From an uncultured Nitrososphaerota archaeon (lineage in GTDB: Archaea > Thermoproteota > Nitrososphaeria > Nitrososphaerales > Nitrosopumilaceae): 64,000 nt of DNA. A program made the position numbers and the translations under genes. The notes below the pieces were generated by a model. That model made no database searches. It was not told the DNA's origin and worked only from the letters and a program-made list of their open reading frames with translations. Location: positions 64,001 to 128,000 of the forward strand of contig CAWGPD010000002.1 in the NCBI GenBank assembly GCA_963824385.1, written 5' to 3'. Position 1 is the first letter of the stretch, and every line of letters starts with the position of its first letter. This document shows, one piece after another, positions 31,014 to 42,542 of this stretch.

Positions 31014-31674
31014 GAATTTCTTTCTCCTTTTTCAGTAAGGCTTCTTGTTCTCTCTCCCCCATCTTTCGTTTTACAGTCTTTAGCATCATGAAGGTATCTC
31101 GTTCCATCTCATCTAGTCTGAATATGATGAATTTGATTGCAGCTAACAATCTTGGGATGAATACATTTTCAATAGCATTAGATTTTCTTTTTGTTTTTTC
31201 GATTTCAAGCAATAGTTTACGAAGTGTTGTTTCTTTTTCAGCAACATCAAGAACCATCTTGTGTACATTCTGAAATGCTTTGATTGCTTCATTAATTGAT
31301 GGAGGCAATTCCAAGAGATGTTCTGTAAGCGCTTGATTGCTTTTTCCACCCTCAATCTTTGGAATTCGAACACCCATAACGTTCTTTGGAGTAATATGTA
31401 ATTTATTTAATTGTGGTATCTTCATGGCTTCATTTTCTAGTCTCATAGCGCCAGCAAGCATCTCGGCCATTCGAATGGCTTGGTATCCTTTTACTAGTTC
31501 TGCTTGAAGACCGCTTCTAAGTGAGGCTACACTCTTGCTGGTGTTAAAGAACTCCAAAATTAGTGCCTGTCTTTTTAGCTTGAGTAATTTCAGACCTTTT
31601 TTTGCAACAATAATTCTTCTTTTTGTACGGATGTATTCAAGACGGGTTGGTCTAATGTTAATTACTGATGGCAA
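31006..31674 (-). CDS. atpD: A/V-type ATPase subunit D
   Basis: PTRLE, G.KLLKLKR, NVMGVRIP and EIEKTKRKSNAIE motifs. Confidence 0.95.
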   Translation of the reverse strand: MPSVINIRPTRLEYIRTKRRIIVAKKGLKLLKLKRQALILEFFNTSKSVASLRSGLQAELVKGYQAIRMAEMLAGAMRLENEAMKIPQLNKLHITPKNVMGVRIPKIEGGKSNQALTEHLLELPPSINEAIKAFQNVHKMVLDVAEKETTLRKLLLEIEKTKRKSNAIENVFIPRLLAAIKFIIFRLDEMERDTFMMLKTVKRKMGEREQEALLKKEKEILA

Positions 31675-31676
31675 TT

Positions 31677-33065
31677 TTATGCACCTGCACCAGATTTCTT
31701 TCTGTACTTCTCGATTAATTCTGGCTTGATACGATTAAGTTCAGAGTCTGATAATTCACTTAGTAGTTCCCAGCCAATATCCAAAGTTTGTTCAATTGAA
31801 CGGTTCTCGTCCATTCCTTGGTTGACAAACTTTCTTTCAAAGTCATTAGCAACTTTCATGAATTTTCTATCAAGGTCACTAAGAGCCTCTTCACCAACTA
31901 TTGCAGCCAATGATCTTGCATCCTTACCCTGTGCATAAGATGAGTAGAGTTGGTCTGCAAGACTTCGGTGATCTTCTCTTGTACTTCCTTTTCCAATACC
32001 TTGGTTCATCAAACGTGAAAGACTTGTCAAGACATCTACTGGAGGGTGAATGTCTCCTCTGTGCAGATCTCGACTCATGACAATCTGTCCTTCTGTAATG
32101 TAACCAGTAAGATCTGGAATTGGATGTGTGATATCGTCTGCAGGCATTGTAAGAATTGGAATCTGAGTAACAGAACCGTTTCTTCCCTTGATTTTTCCTG
32201 CTCTTTCGTATAATGATGACAAGTCAGTGTACATGTAACCAGGATATCCTCTTCTTCCTGGAACTTCTTCTCTTGCAGCAGAAATTTCTCTTAATGCTTC
32301 ACAATAGTTAGTCATATCAGTCATGATTACTAGAACATGCATGTCTCTTTCATAAGCAAGATATTCTGCAGTAGTTAATGCAAGTCTTGGAGTAAGTAGA
32401 CGCTCCATTGATGGATCAGATGAGAGATTTAGAAATAGTGCAGTTCTTCCAAGTGCTCCACTTTCTTCAAATTGTTTTACAAAAAAGTTCGCTTCTTCAC
32501 TTGTAATTCCCATTGCTGCAAAGACTACAGAAAAGTTCTCTGAACCTCCAAGCACTTTTGCCTGTCTTGCAATCTGTGCTGCAAGTAAGTTATGAGGAAG
32601 ACCCGCACCTGAAAATATTGGAAGTTTCTGACCTCTGACTAGAGTATTCATTCCATCAATGTTAGACATTCCAGTCTGGATGAATTCAGATGGTTCTTCT
32701 CTTGAATATGGGTTAATACCAGAACCTACCAAGTCAACTTTGGTTTTAGAAACAATTTTTGGACCATTATCTTTTGGATTTCCAAGACCGTCAAATACAC
32801 GACCCAACATTTCGTCAGATACTGCCAACTGTGCAGTCTCTCCAAGGAATCTTACTGATGTATCACCTATGTTAAGACCTAGTGTTGCACCAAAGACCTG
32901 AACAACTGCAAGACCTTGTCTTGTATCAAGAACTTGACCTTGTCTTCTTTCACCGTTTGGTAGTTTTATCTCTACCATTTCACCATAGGCTGCATTTTCT
33001 ACACCCTCTACAAACATTAGAGGACCTGCAATCTTTGAAATTGTCTTGTATGAAATATCTGTCAT
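31677..33065 (-). CDS. atpB: A/V-type ATPase subunit B
   Basis: [19 protein letters not shown] and [17 protein letters not shown] motifs. Confidence 0.97.
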   Translation of the reverse strand: MTDISYKTISKIAGPLMFVEGVENAAYGEMVEIKLPNGERRQGQVLDTRQGLAVVQVFGATLGLNIGDTSVRFLGETAQLAVSDEMLGRVFDGLGNPKDNGPKIVSKTKVDLVGSGINPYSREEPSEFIQTGMSNIDGMNTLVRGQKLPIFSGAGLPHNLLAAQIARQAKVLGGSENFSVVFAAMGITSEEANFFVKQFEESGALGRTALFLNLSSDPSMERLLTPRLALTTAEYLAYERDMHVLVIMTDMTNYCEALREISAAREEVPGRRGYPGYMYTDLSSLYERAGKIKGRNGSVTQIPILTMPADDITHPIPDLTGYITEGQIVMSRDLHRGDIHPPVDVLTSLSRLMNQGIGKGSTREDHRSLADQLYSSYAQGKDARSLAAIVGEEALSDLDRKFMKVANDFERKFVNQGMDENRSIEQTLDIGWELLSELSDSELNRIKPELIEKYRKKSGAGA

Positions 33066-34829
33066 TTATCGTAATGCCTCCGTTGATAATGTTGAAAATT
33101 CTTGTTGCATTTTGCTCATTGTATCTTTTACTAGTTGTTCAACCTGATCTTCCTTTGTCCATTTAATTTTTGAAATCATTTTTCTTGATTCTAATTGGCC
33201 AATCTTTACAGATGTAATTCCTTTCTTGATTGCATCTGTTTCCATCTTACCAAATTCTAAGATTGTGGATAGCATTAGGAATTGTTTTCTTATTGATGTG
33301 TATGTATCTACATCATCATATGCACTCTGCTGTAGATAGTCTTCTCTAATTGATCTTGCAGTATCCAGTACACCTTTTTCTGGTTCTGGAAGTGCATCAT
33401 AGCCTACAAGCTGGACAATTTCTTGCAACTCAGATTCTTTTTGTAAAATTTCAAGTGCTTCTTTTCTTGATGCAATCCATGTTGCTGATACATTTTTCTT
33501 GTACCAATCTCCCATGCCGTCTGCATAAAGTGAATAGCTGGTTAACCAATTAATTGATGGGAAGTGTCTTCTTGATGCCAAGCTTGCGTCAAGTGCCCAG
33601 AAAACTCTTGTTACTCTAAGTGTGTTTTGGGATACTGGTTCTGAAAAGTCACCACCTGGTGGAGATACTGCACCTACAAGTGTAAGAGAACCAACACGTT
33701 CTTCAGGTGAAATTACAACTGCCTTTCCACCTCTTTCATAAAATTCTGCCAGTCTTCTACCAAGATAGGCTGGATATCCTTCTTCACCTGGCATTTCTTC
33801 TAGTCTACCAGAAATTTCTCTGAGTGCTTCTGCCCATCTTGAAGTACTATCTGCCATTAATGCAACACCATATCCCATATCACGATAATATTCTCCCATT
33901 GTAATACCAGTGTAGATACTTGCTTCACGTGCAGTGACTGGCATGTTAGAAGTATTAGCAACAAGAATTGTACGCTCCATCAAAGGTCTCTTTGATTTTG
34001 GGTCTTCAAGTTTTGGGAATGTTGTAAGAACCTCAGTCATTTCGTTTCCTCTTTCTCCACAACCTACATAGACAATGACATTGCTATCTGCCCATTTTGC
34101 AAGCTGTTGTTGAGTTACTGTCTTCCCACTACCAAATGGACCTGGAATTGCAGCTGTTCCGCCCTTTGCAACTGGGAAGAAAGTATCAAGTACTCTTTGT
34201 CCAGTAAGCAATGGTTCCTCCGGAGGTAACTTGCGAAGAACTGGTCTTGGAGTTCTTACAGTCCACCAGCTTGATAGACCAATCTCTGTCTTGGTTCCAT
34301 TTTGTATGGTTGCTACAATATCATTAACAGTATACTTGCCTTCAGAAATATCAGTCAGTGTTCCTTTAACGTTGTAAGGAACCATTATCTTGTGCATGAT
34401 AAGTGGAGTTTCTTGAACTTCACCAATTATCTCTCCAGGAGAAACATGATCTCCTTTTTTCTTTAATGGAACAAAGTCCCATTTTATTTTCTGGTCTAGT
34501 GCAGGAATGACTTTTCCTCTACTGATAAAGTCACCACTTTGTTCTCTTAGAATATCCAGTGGTCTTTGGATTCCGTCATAAATTGATTTTAATAAACCGG
34601 GTCCAAGCTGCATTGAGAGTGGTCTTTTTGTGTTGATTACCTTCTCACCTGGACGAAGACCAGTTGTATCTTCATAAACCTGAACTGTTGCCTTGCTTCC
34701 TTCGATTCTAATTATTTCTCCTACTAGTCCCATATCACCAATACGAACAACATCAAACATTTGTGCGCCTTCAAGGCCACTTGCGATTACTACAGGACCT
34801 GAGATTCTTGTGATTATTCCTTCAACCAT
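33066..34829 (-). CDS. atpA: A/V-type ATPase catalytic subunit A (no intein)
   Basis: GPFGSGKT, GCGERGNE and DSTSRWAEA motifs. Confidence 0.97.
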   Translation of the reverse strand: MVEGIITRISGPVVIASGLEGAQMFDVVRIGDMGLVGEIIRIEGSKATVQVYEDTTGLRPGEKVINTKRPLSMQLGPGLLKSIYDGIQRPLDILREQSGDFISRGKVIPALDQKIKWDFVPLKKKGDHVSPGEIIGEVQETPLIMHKIMVPYNVKGTLTDISEGKYTVNDIVATIQNGTKTEIGLSSWWTVRTPRPVLRKLPPEEPLLTGQRVLDTFFPVAKGGTAAIPGPFGSGKTVTQQQLAKWADSNVIVYVGCGERGNEMTEVLTTFPKLEDPKSKRPLMERTILVANTSNMPVTAREASIYTGITMGEYYRDMGYGVALMADSTSRWAEALREISGRLEEMPGEEGYPAYLGRRLAEFYERGGKAVVISPEERVGSLTLVGAVSPPGGDFSEPVSQNTLRVTRVFWALDASLASRRHFPSINWLTSYSLYADGMGDWYKKNVSATWIASRKEALEILQKESELQEIVQLVGYDALPEPEKGVLDTARSIREDYLQQSAYDDVDTYTSIRKQFLMLSTILEFGKMETDAIKKGITSVKIGQLESRKMISKIKWTKEDQVEQLVKDTMSKMQQEFSTLSTEALR

Positions 34830-34838
34830 TTATCATCA

Positions 34839-35180
34839 TCAACTCGAGGGTATACTTATTCCTAACACTCTCTTTGCAAGTACAGCAATAGATTCTTCTT
34901 GAATATTACCTTGTAAAGCGGGCATAAATATTACCAAAGGTTCGATTGAAGCCTCGATCTTTTTCCTAAAGATCGCAGGGAGACTACTTCGAACAGTATC
35001 ACTTACAATAATTAGACTATAGTTACAGGATGCAAAGAGATCTTGAATTATTTTGCTTGCCTCTTCACCACTTGTAATGAAGGTGTCTTCTATTCCTAGA
35101 AGATTATATCCAATAGCAAGTTCTCGCTCTCCTACTACAGCTATTTTTCCAGTGGATTCGGATTGTTGTTGTTTTGACAT
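34839..35180 (-). CDS. atpF: A/V-type ATPase subunit F
   Basis: KIAVVGERE..IG..L.GI and KRVLGI motifs. Confidence 0.9.
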   Translation of the reverse strand: MSKQQQSESTGKIAVVGERELAIGYNLLGIEDTFITSGEEASKIIQDLFASCNYSLIIVSDTVRSSLPAIFRKKIEASIEPLVIFMPALQGNIQEESIAVLAKRVLGISIPSS

Positions 35181-35184
35181 TTTC

Positions 35185-36252
35185 TCACTCTATTAATAAT
35201 AATGAATTAATGTATTCTGCAGACAGGTTATAGCGTTTACCATAAGCGATCCTTTTGATATTTTCACGCTCGTGTTCTGTATTGATGATAAAGTAGAATA
35301 TGGTACCAATCGAAAGTGCAATATTTTTCAATTTTTTGACATATTCAGAATTTATGAATTTATCTAATGCAACTTCAAAGTCAATCAGACTCTTTGATTG
35401 TTTGTATTGTGCTAACGCATTGACAAGCATGAATCTATTTTCAATTCTGCCAACAATTTCTGCCACATCTTTTGCTCCATAGACATCTAACAATTCATTT
35501 TTGGTTAGTTTTCCACCTTCGACTAGATGTTTGCTTACTATATCCTTATCAAGTTCAGATTCTTTAGCTTTAAGAATACTGAGGACATTCTTTTTGTCAA
35601 TTTCTGTTCTAATCAGATCACGAATTATTCCCTCATCACCTTGGAAAAATTTGAGTGACTCTAGCAAATTGCGATAATAGAAAGACTGGAGTGCAGACAT
35701 CATAGGTCCAAGATCGCCTGTCTTTTGATATGCTTCTAGATGTTGCATCAAAACTGTTCCATAATTGTATTTTACAAGCTGATGTACAACACCATCAACT
35801 CCAGTTTGAGATAAAATTATCTTCATCTCATCATGTGAGATATTTCCAGCTGATATTCCTGCAGGAACATTTCTGCTTGAGACAAGAAATGATTCTGTTT
35901 CTGAGATTGGTCTTCCCATACTCTTTGCAGAAAGTATAAGCTCAATATTATAAATATCCCATTTTGAAAGATATGCCCTAACTGCAGACTTGCCACTAAA
36001 TGGAGTAGCCTCTAATGCAGTCTTGTTGATATAGACAAGATGTCTGTTAAGTGCAACTTCTAACAATTCGGATTGTTTGAAAATTGTTGCAGCCTTTTCA
36101 ATTTCTGTTTTATACCAAGTAGACTCGAGGGTCTTTACCATCTCAGTCTCGTCTTTTGCCTTCATTAGGTTTTGTATTGCTTCCTTTGAAAGAAGATTAA
36201 GTGAAATTGCCTGTAGTCTACCAAAGGATGATGCATATTGTGATGTTGGCAT
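35185..36252 (-). CDS. atpC: A/V-type ATPase subunit C
   Basis: Starts MPTSQY; KWDIYNI, EIDKKN and ERENIKRIAYG motifs. Confidence 0.9.
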   Translation of the reverse strand: MPTSQYASSFGRLQAISLNLLSKEAIQNLMKAKDETEMVKTLESTWYKTEIEKAATIFKQSELLEVALNRHLVYINKTALEATPFSGKSAVRAYLSKWDIYNIELILSAKSMGRPISETESFLVSSRNVPAGISAGNISHDEMKIILSQTGVDGVVHQLVKYNYGTVLMQHLEAYQKTGDLGPMMSALQSFYYRNLLESLKFFQGDEGIIRDLIRTEIDKKNVLSILKAKESELDKDIVSKHLVEGGKLTKNELLDVYGAKDVAEIVGRIENRFMLVNALAQYKQSKSLIDFEVALDKFINSEYVKKLKNIALSIGTIFYFIINTEHERENIKRIAYGKRYNLSAEYINSLLLIE

Positions 36253-36808
36253 TACATCTTCTCCGAGAGGAAGCTTCTTGACTTGGTCTTCATTGGTTCT
36301 AAGTAGTTCTTCAAAAGTAAGGTCCAATTCTCTTGTTCCTTCTTTGTTTTCTGCAATGATTCCACCAAGTGTCTTGATTGACTTGCTTGTGGTTACTCCA
36401 AGTTCTTTGAGAATTGATTTGTCTTCTTCTCGGCAATGAACGATAATATTTTGACCAAGTTTCTTTTTTGAATTGCTAACCATAGTTTCAAGAGCTTTCT
36501 TGTATTGTGGACTCTTTGTGTAATTTTCAATCTCTTGTTGTATTACAGCAAAAGCAGATTGCATGTTGGCATTTATAGCATCAAACATTATTTTCTTTGC
36601 TTGGAGCTTTGAGGCTTCTATTATTCTTGCTTGTTCTCTTTCTGATTTTACTTTAGCCTCAGTTGAAAAACGTTCTTGAATCTCTTTGATAGTGTGGTTC
36701 ATCTCTGATTGGAGCTTTGATTTTTTTTCAGCTGAGATCTTTTTCAAGACCATCAAGCTCTTTTCGCTTTCTACTCTCTATCTCTTGAATGAACGTTTCA
36801 ATGCTCAT
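36252..36808 (-). CDS. atpE: A/V-type ATPase subunit E (two +1 frameshifts, near 36733 and 36275)
   Basis: MSIETFIQEIE... N-terminus and LGGIIAE..G..ELDLTFE. The corrected frame ends SFLSEKM-TAA overlapping the atpC ATG (TAATG). Confidence 0.85.
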
Positions 36809-36820
36809 TACTGAAAACCA

Positions 36821-37171
36821 CTATAGTATGCCAAGTAACAATATGATTCCTAATACGAAACCAATGATCCAAAGAGTTTCTGGAATGACAAAGAAGAATA
36901 ATACCTGACCAAACTTCTCTGGTTTCTCAGCAATAATACCCATACCGGCAGCACCAATACCTTGTTGTGCATTACCAGTACCAATAAGACCACCTGCGAT
37001 TGCAATTGCGGCTGCAATTGCCAAAAGTGGTTTTGTTAATCCGCTACTAGTAGTAGAAGTGTCGGCTGCAAATGCTGGAGTTGTTGACACAAATGTTGAT
37101 AGTGCAATTGTCAATCCCGCAGCTATAACTAAAAGCGATAATTTTGAACGCTTGTTAAGCACCATCACCAA
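36821..37171 (-). CDS. atpK: A/V-type ATPase proteolipid subunit K (c) with N-terminal leader
   Basis: GNAQQGIGAAG..AEKPE and IPETLW (carboxylate Glu); signal-like N-terminus ending AFA. Confidence 0.93.
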   Translation of the reverse strand: MVMVLNKRSKLSLLVIAAGLTIALSTFVSTTPAFAADTSTTSSGLTKPLLAIAAAIAIAGGLIGTGNAQQGIGAAGMGIIAEKPEKFGQVLFFFVIPETLWIIGFVLGIILLLGIL

Positions 37172-37276
37172 GGCTCATTGAAAGAGGCTATATTAATCTA
37201 ATTCTTGCAAAGTAAATTTTATGTTTTAAAAATTTACAAGTATGCGATCATCGTACATTATTTTATAATAATTAGA

Positions 37277-38062
37277 TCAAGTTTTTGGAAGCTCTATTGG
37301 CAAGTCAAGTCTGTTTCCCCACTCGCCCCAAGAACCAAGATAGACCTTGACATTTTTAAAACCAAGTATTTTTAGTGCTACAAAAGAATTTGCTGCGCGA
37401 TATCCTCCTTGACAATATGTTATAATTTCATCATCTTTTGAAAAATCATACATCTTGGAAAGATCTTCATTTGGTTTCATTGTACCGTCATTATTGATAT
37501 TTAGCATCCAATCAATATTGATAGCAGTTGGGATGTGTCCCTTTCTTGCAGCTCGGATTGTGACTCCGTCGTATTCATCTTTGCTTCTTGCATCAAGAAG
37601 TTTGATTTTGCCAATCTTTTTGTTGACGTATTCATAACCTGCAATTAGATCTTTGTTAATCTTGCCTGAAAATTTTTCTGGTTTGAATCCATTTGTCTTA
37701 GTTTCTGTAACAAGGCTTAGACTCTTCCATTTCTTAAAGCCTCCATCTAACATGAATACATTAGGATGTGAAAAGTACATCAGAGTCCAGACACCCCTTG
37801 CTGCACTCATTCCAGAAACTTCATCATAGAATACAACTGTCTTATTATTTGTCACACCCAAAAAAGAGAGAAGATGCTCCATCTGTTTTTCAAATGATTT
37901 TATTCCATCTTTTGAGGTATCAGACCAATGATAATAGAAAAAATCAAGATTTACTGCACCTGGAATGTGTCCTTCTGAATAATCCTTGTATGATCTTGAA
38001 TCAACAAGAATTAGATCTGGTTTTTCAATCTTCTTTAACAATTCAACAGGTGAGATTATCAT
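37277..38062 (-). CDS. Tandem-domain rhodanese / thiosulfate sulfurtransferase
   Basis: GHIPGA, LDGG, YCQGGYRA and YLGSWGEW motifs. Confidence 0.93.
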   Translation of the reverse strand: MIISPVELLKKIEKPDLILVDSRSYKDYSEGHIPGAVNLDFFYYHWSDTSKDGIKSFEKQMEHLLSFLGVTNNKTVVFYDEVSGMSAARGVWTLMYFSHPNVFMLDGGFKKWKSLSLVTETKTNGFKPEKFSGKINKDLIAGYEYVNKKIGKIKLLDARSKDEYDGVTIRAARKGHIPTAINIDWMLNINNDGTMKPNEDLSKMYDFSKDDEIITYCQGGYRAANSFVALKILGFKNVKVYLGSWGEWGNRLDLPIELPKT

Positions 38063-38330
38063 ATTTCACATCTAAGATAAGGTAATCTAAATCCCTTTCA
38101 CATTTGCCAAGTAAATTAGGTTAAGAAAATGAAAAACATATGGAATTTTTTCATAAATACATATAGATCATATTTGAAGAAAGAGAAAATTATTATAATT
38201 TTCACATGTCGCAAATTCTTATATCTTGGTAAAATAGGATAATATCACAAAATGGAAATTCTAGATTATCAAACCAAGAAAAATTTTGAGATTGTAATAC
38301 AAGAGTCATTTTAAAAAATAGTGATCAACA

Positions 38331-39011
38331 ATGACAAAGATAAAAAAACAAAGTCCAAGTCTATCAGTCTTTCAGACTTTTAAGACAAAGAACAAGGAGT
38401 TTACAGGTGAAGCGATGCGACAGCGAGGAATAATCATTCATCTTGCGGCTGAGACTTTACCAACAAGAAAGACACGTACTGCAATTGCACACAAGCTTGC
38501 TGAAATAAACGGAACAACATGGCAAAATATCTACTCTGGAATTTTTAGAGATTTGGACGAAATTCTTCTTCCTTTGGAATTAGTAGAAGAAGCTGGGAGA
38601 CTACCAATAAAGCGCGGCCCAAAAGCGCTCCAAGAACAGGGAGTTCCATATTACCAACTAACTGACAGCGGTTTGCTTGTTGCAGCTTCTGTATCAGAGA
38701 CAGACAAGGAAAGAACTCAAATTATGAATAAATTTCTTGAAAAAGATTCTAACATTAGGGAGAAGGATCTGAAGAATGCAATTATTACATTACTTGACAT
38801 TGCGCCAAATTTTATTTTGTTAGTATTAAGAAGATATGTAGAGTCATACAGTGATGGAAAGATCGATAAACTTGTTCCATTCAACACGGACCACATCAAA
38901 AAGGCCTTTGATGATACATTAAATGCTCAAAGAGAGCTCTTGGAAGGATTTGTGTCGTTATCCAATCATGATAAAGAGCCAATCATAAATTTCCTCAAGA
39001 AAGTAGGCTAG
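38331..39011 (+). CDS. Conserved hypothetical protein, probable winged-helix DNA-binding N-domain
   Basis: TRTAIAHKLA..WQNIYSGI and PYYQLTDSG wing-like motif. Confidence 0.65.
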   Translation: MTKIKKQSPSLSVFQTFKTKNKEFTGEAMRQRGIIIHLAAETLPTRKTRTAIAHKLAEINGTTWQNIYSGIFRDLDEILLPLELVEEAGRLPIKRGPKALQEQGVPYYQLTDSGLLVAASVSETDKERTQIMNKFLEKDSNIREKDLKNAIITLLDIAPNFILLVLRRYVESYSDGKIDKLVPFNTDHIKKAFDDTLNAQRELLEGFVSLSNHDKEPIINFLKKVG

Positions 39012-39102
39012 TCTCTCAATAATAATTAAAATCCCTTTCCAAAAGAGCTTGATAATGTTGATAATGTCATCTAAAGCCGCTTGTGGCAACTCAAGTCGTT
39101 AG

Positions 39103-39675
39103 ATGACCAGTATGACAGATGAACTAATTGACTATGTGGTACACTTGATAGATTCTAAGAAAGGAGATATTGGAAGACTCAACTATATGCTAGAGACATT
39201 ACAAGATGGTAAATCACTTTATAATTCTGATAAAAAATATCTTGATTCACTGATTGCAACATACATGGGCTCCTCGAAGAAAAATGGAGAGCAAAAATCT
39301 GTTGAAGAACTCAAAGTAGAGATTGTAAGAGTAAAAAAGAGACTAGAAAAATTTGAGAAACGTGGATACAAGAAACCTGTTGGAAGAAAAGCTGGATTTT
39401 TCTTTGTTACGTGTTTTTTTGGATGGCATGCCATCATTACACTACTTGGCAGAGTATCTCTGATCAACATACAGAATATCAATCCATATCTCCTACCACT
39501 GTATTATTTAGAAAAGGTAATTCCAGGACAATATCTGAACTACGTCTATCAACTCAATCTAACCATACCAAAGATTGTAGAACTTGCATGGATAGCAATG
39601 ATGTTTACTTGGATAATACTTGGTTTTGTCTATTTAGGAAAGTTCATTCGTTCAAGATACAATCCTAATCGTTAG
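39103..39675 (+). CDS. Hypothetical membrane protein
   Basis: GD.GRL..LYNSDKKYL N-domain, coiled coil and two TM segments. Confidence 0.65.
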   Translation: MTSMTDELIDYVVHLIDSKKGDIGRLNYMLETLQDGKSLYNSDKKYLDSLIATYMGSSKKNGEQKSVEELKVEIVRVKKRLEKFEKRGYKKPVGRKAGFFFVTCFFGWHAIITLLGRVSLINIQNINPYLLPLYYLEKVIPGQYLNYVYQLNLTIPKIVELAWIAMMFTWIILGFVYLGKFIRSRYNPNR

Positions 39676-39685
39676 GAATTAATTT

Positions 39686-40237
39686 TTATTTAAAATCAAA
39701 ATCTTTGGAGTAGCTGTCTCCAGCAAGGGGTGTATGTGTTGAATAATATGTAGTTCCGTTAATTCTAATCTGTGCCTTACCGCTTTGAAGTGCTGACCAA
39801 ATCTGCGGATTATTTCCATCATTGATTAGTTGTGCCTGATTTGTAATTATCTCAGAGTTGTGCTCTGTAAGAGGCAAGTATGTTGAGTTATCTGATGCTC
39901 CTTCATATTTTTCTCCATACTGTCCGTGTCCAATCGAAACACCGTTTACATAAATATCATAGCTTAACATTTCAATAATCAAAGTATCGTCATTTGGATT
40001 TGTCAGATTAAATTTAGTCTCTATTGTTGCAGCCCTGTTTGTTACTGACAATACAGATGAGCCATTGTATTGCATATCAAGTGGTTTTACTTGGGTTAAT
40101 ACCGATGTTAATGCAGATGGGGTATTTCCATTATTAGACATCATATTCTTAAGACCTGAGCCTGAAAGAACAACAACTAAACCAAGTATAGCAACTAAAA
40201 CTCCTATAGCAACATAAACTAAAATTTTCTTCTCCAT
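39686..40237 (-). CDS. Membrane-anchored LEA_2/WHy-like protein
   Basis: N-terminal TM segment and F.LTNPN...L.I..LSYDIYVNG..IG.G motif. Confidence 0.75.
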   Translation of the reverse strand: MEKKILVYVAIGVLVAILGLVVVLSGSGLKNMMSNNGNTPSALTSVLTQVKPLDMQYNGSSVLSVTNRAATIETKFNLTNPNDDTLIIEMLSYDIYVNGVSIGHGQYGEKYEGASDNSTYLPLTEHNSEIITNQAQLINDGNNPQIWSALQSGKAQIRINGTTYYSTHTPLAGDSYSKDFDFK

Positions 40238-40312
40238 GAATATTTTACTATTTGTTCAATTCTTAAATGTTGAGTTGAAAACGCTTATAGTAAAAGTTTC
40301 AAAAGAAAATCT

Positions 40313-40630
40313 ATGCAATATCATCAAGCAATAAGAATAGGTCAGGAAAGATCAAGAAAATCACAGATGACTCTATTCTCACATGCAGGATTTGCCATGC
40401 TTACACTTACTGTAAAAAAATCTCAAGGAATATTTGTTCCTGTGGGAGAAAAAGAACTTGTGGCCATTATTGAAAAACCACAAGAAGGCTGGCTTGTGGT
40501 AATAGTTGATGAAGAAGGATATGCCAAGTCACAATCTAAAGTTCTTAAAGAGGATGAAGCAAAAGAAATTTTGAAAAAAGCTACTTCTGCAGGAATTCCA
40601 CAATATGATGGACAGATTAGACTAGTGTAA
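40313..40630 (+). CDS. Hypothetical protein
   Basis: Clean 105-aa ORF with an upstream TATA-like element. Confidence 0.7.
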   Translation: MQYHQAIRIGQERSRKSQMTLFSHAGFAMLTLTVKKSQGIFVPVGEKELVAIIEKPQEGWLVVIVDEEGYAKSQSKVLKEDEAKEILKKATSAGIPQYDGQIRLV

Positions 40631-41294
40631 TTTCAGTGCCCTCTGGGCTTCCTTTGAATGCCTTTTCTAATGTTTTTATGTCTGCTTTGAGTATCCGTGT
40701 CTTTAGCTTTGAACGCTCAATCACTTTTAGTGCTACAATATCCATTAGGTCATATCCTCCTGCAATAGAATCCTGATGAACAAGCATAGAACGTAGTTTC
40801 TTTATCGGTATTTTTTTAAATTTAGTTGCATTCTTGTTTTTATTTGGATCAGAATCATATACACCATCAACATCTGTTGCATTCAAAAATATGCCTGCTC
40901 TTACCTTTTCTGCAATAAGTGCAGCAGTAGCATTTGTGCTCTGTCCAGGATGAAGACCTCCTGTGACAACAATCAATCCTGTATCCGCAGCATCTGCAAC
41001 TTCTTTTAGATTAATTGGAGGATGAGGATAAGCTTTTTCTTGTAATGCATAGATCAAAAGTTTTGCGTTAAGTCTTGAAACCTCGATTCCAAGCTCATCA
41101 AGTGTTGATTCATCTGCTCCAGAGGATCTGGCGTGTGAGATGTAGTGTCTTGCAATTTTTCCTCCTCCTGCAATTATGATTGGCTGACAGATTTTACTTA
41201 TCCTGACAAAAAACTCAGCATATTGCTTTAATGTTTTTGTGTCCTCAAGACCAAACAAACTTCCAGATAATTTTATTACAATTCTTTTTTTCAT
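40617..41294 (-). CDS. pyrH: UMP kinase
   Basis: VIKLSGS, GGG.IAR.Y, PGQST and TDVDGVY motifs. Confidence 0.95.
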   Translation of the reverse strand: MKKRIVIKLSGSLFGLEDTKTLKQYAEFFVRISKICQPIIIAGGGKIARHYISHARSSGADESTLDELGIEVSRLNAKLLIYALQEKAYPHPPINLKEVADAADTGLIVVTGGLHPGQSTNATAALIAEKVRAGIFLNATDVDGVYDSDPNKNKNATKFKKIPIKKLRSMLVHQDSIAGGYDLMDIVALKVIERSKLKTRILKADIKTLEKAFKGSPEGTEITLV

Positions 41295-42538
41295 TGCCTG
41301 TTTTCACCAAGAATGATGTGTGCTGCAATTTCAACCTTTTTTCTAAATTGTTGTCTTGTATAGACTCTAAGTGTATCCATAAAGCCAGAAATTGCAGAAA
41401 CCAGTGGAATCTCAGATATTGGAAGTTCATATGATTCCTTTGGACCTTCTCCTTTCTTTGTAGTAAGAATAATTGAATGTGATTCTTTTTTTGATGGAGA
41501 GAGTGGAATAGAGGGAGTCTTGGATATATCAATAAAGACTTCACATTCATCCACCTTTGATTTTTTGGCAATCTCTTTTTGAAGTTCTGGTACGTTTACT
41601 TTGCCCATTCGTGGACGTGTAAATATTTTTTCATAAACACATTTGAGCAATTTTCGTTCTTGATATTCTATAGCAAGCTGTCTTGCTCTTCGAAGATCTG
41701 CATTTCGTGGTGTAAGTGAGATAAGCTTTGAAATTACAAATTCATCGGTAAGTTGTACATATTTTTCTAGATCATCAGTTGTGAGATCAAGTTCATTGTC
41801 TGCAAGAAGCATTGACTCAAGCAACATTACTTCTGCAGATCTTACTGTCTTGTGAAAATAGACTGCCTTGAACATTTGATATCTTGAGATCATCATTGAT
41901 TCAAAAGAGTGAAGGGCTGATCTGTCAAGTGAAAGTTTTTTGTTATGAACATCAAGTGAATGGATTATTCTCATAAAATCTACTTTAGCATGTTCTGAAC
42001 CTGTAAAATATCCATCACGGAGTAAATAATCCATCATATCAGCACTCAATCCCCCAGAGATAATTTCATTCATAAATTGATTTTTGGAATTTCCAAATGC
42101 AAGTTTACCAAGAAATCTTTTGTCAAATCCTGATTTTGTTATAATGTCACCAATTTCAGATTCTAGTATGAGTCTTTGTCCCATATCTTCATGAGAAATT
42201 TTCTTCTTTTTTTGTAGAACTTCTTCGAAGAGATGTGAAAATGGACCATGACCTATATCATGCAACAAGGCAGCCATTCGAATATTTTCAGAATCTTTAG
42301 CATCAAGATATCCTTTCTCTTTGAGAACATTAGCTGTCTGACTTGCAATGTGCATAGTTCCAAGTGAGTGTTCAAATCTAGAGTGCTGTGCACCTGGATA
42401 TACAAGATGAGCTCCTGCAAGTTGTCTGATTCTTCGTAGTCTTTGAAATACTGGAGAGTCTATCAGTTCAAGTTCATGTGGATATACAGTGATAAAATCA
42501 TGAATGGGGTCTACAATCTGGAGATATTTTCTAGCCAT
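41291..42538 (-). CDS. HD-domain phosphohydrolase (SAMHD1/dGTPase-like)
   Basis: [35 protein letters not shown] and DYLLRD motifs. Confidence 0.92.
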   Translation of the reverse strand: MARKYLQIVDPIHDFITVYPHELELIDSPVFQRLRRIRQLAGAHLVYPGAQHSRFEHSLGTMHIASQTANVLKEKGYLDAKDSENIRMAALLHDIGHGPFSHLFEEVLQKKKKISHEDMGQRLILESEIGDIITKSGFDKRFLGKLAFGNSKNQFMNEIISGGLSADMMDYLLRDGYFTGSEHAKVDFMRIIHSLDVHNKKLSLDRSALHSFESMMISRYQMFKAVYFHKTVRSAEVMLLESMLLADNELDLTTDDLEKYVQLTDEFVISKLISLTPRNADLRRARQLAIEYQERKLLKCVYEKIFTRPRMGKVNVPELQKEIAKKSKVDECEVFIDISKTPSIPLSPSKKESHSIILTTKKGEGPKESYELPISEIPLVSAISGFMDTLRVYTRQQFRKKVEIAAHIILGENRQ

Positions 42539-42542
42539 GTTC

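Noticed and set aside
35185..36756. Apparent AtpE-AtpC fusion (523-aa ORF)
   Set aside because: Removing one A near 36275 restores an atpE stop overlapping the atpC start (TAATG), so this is an indel artefact.
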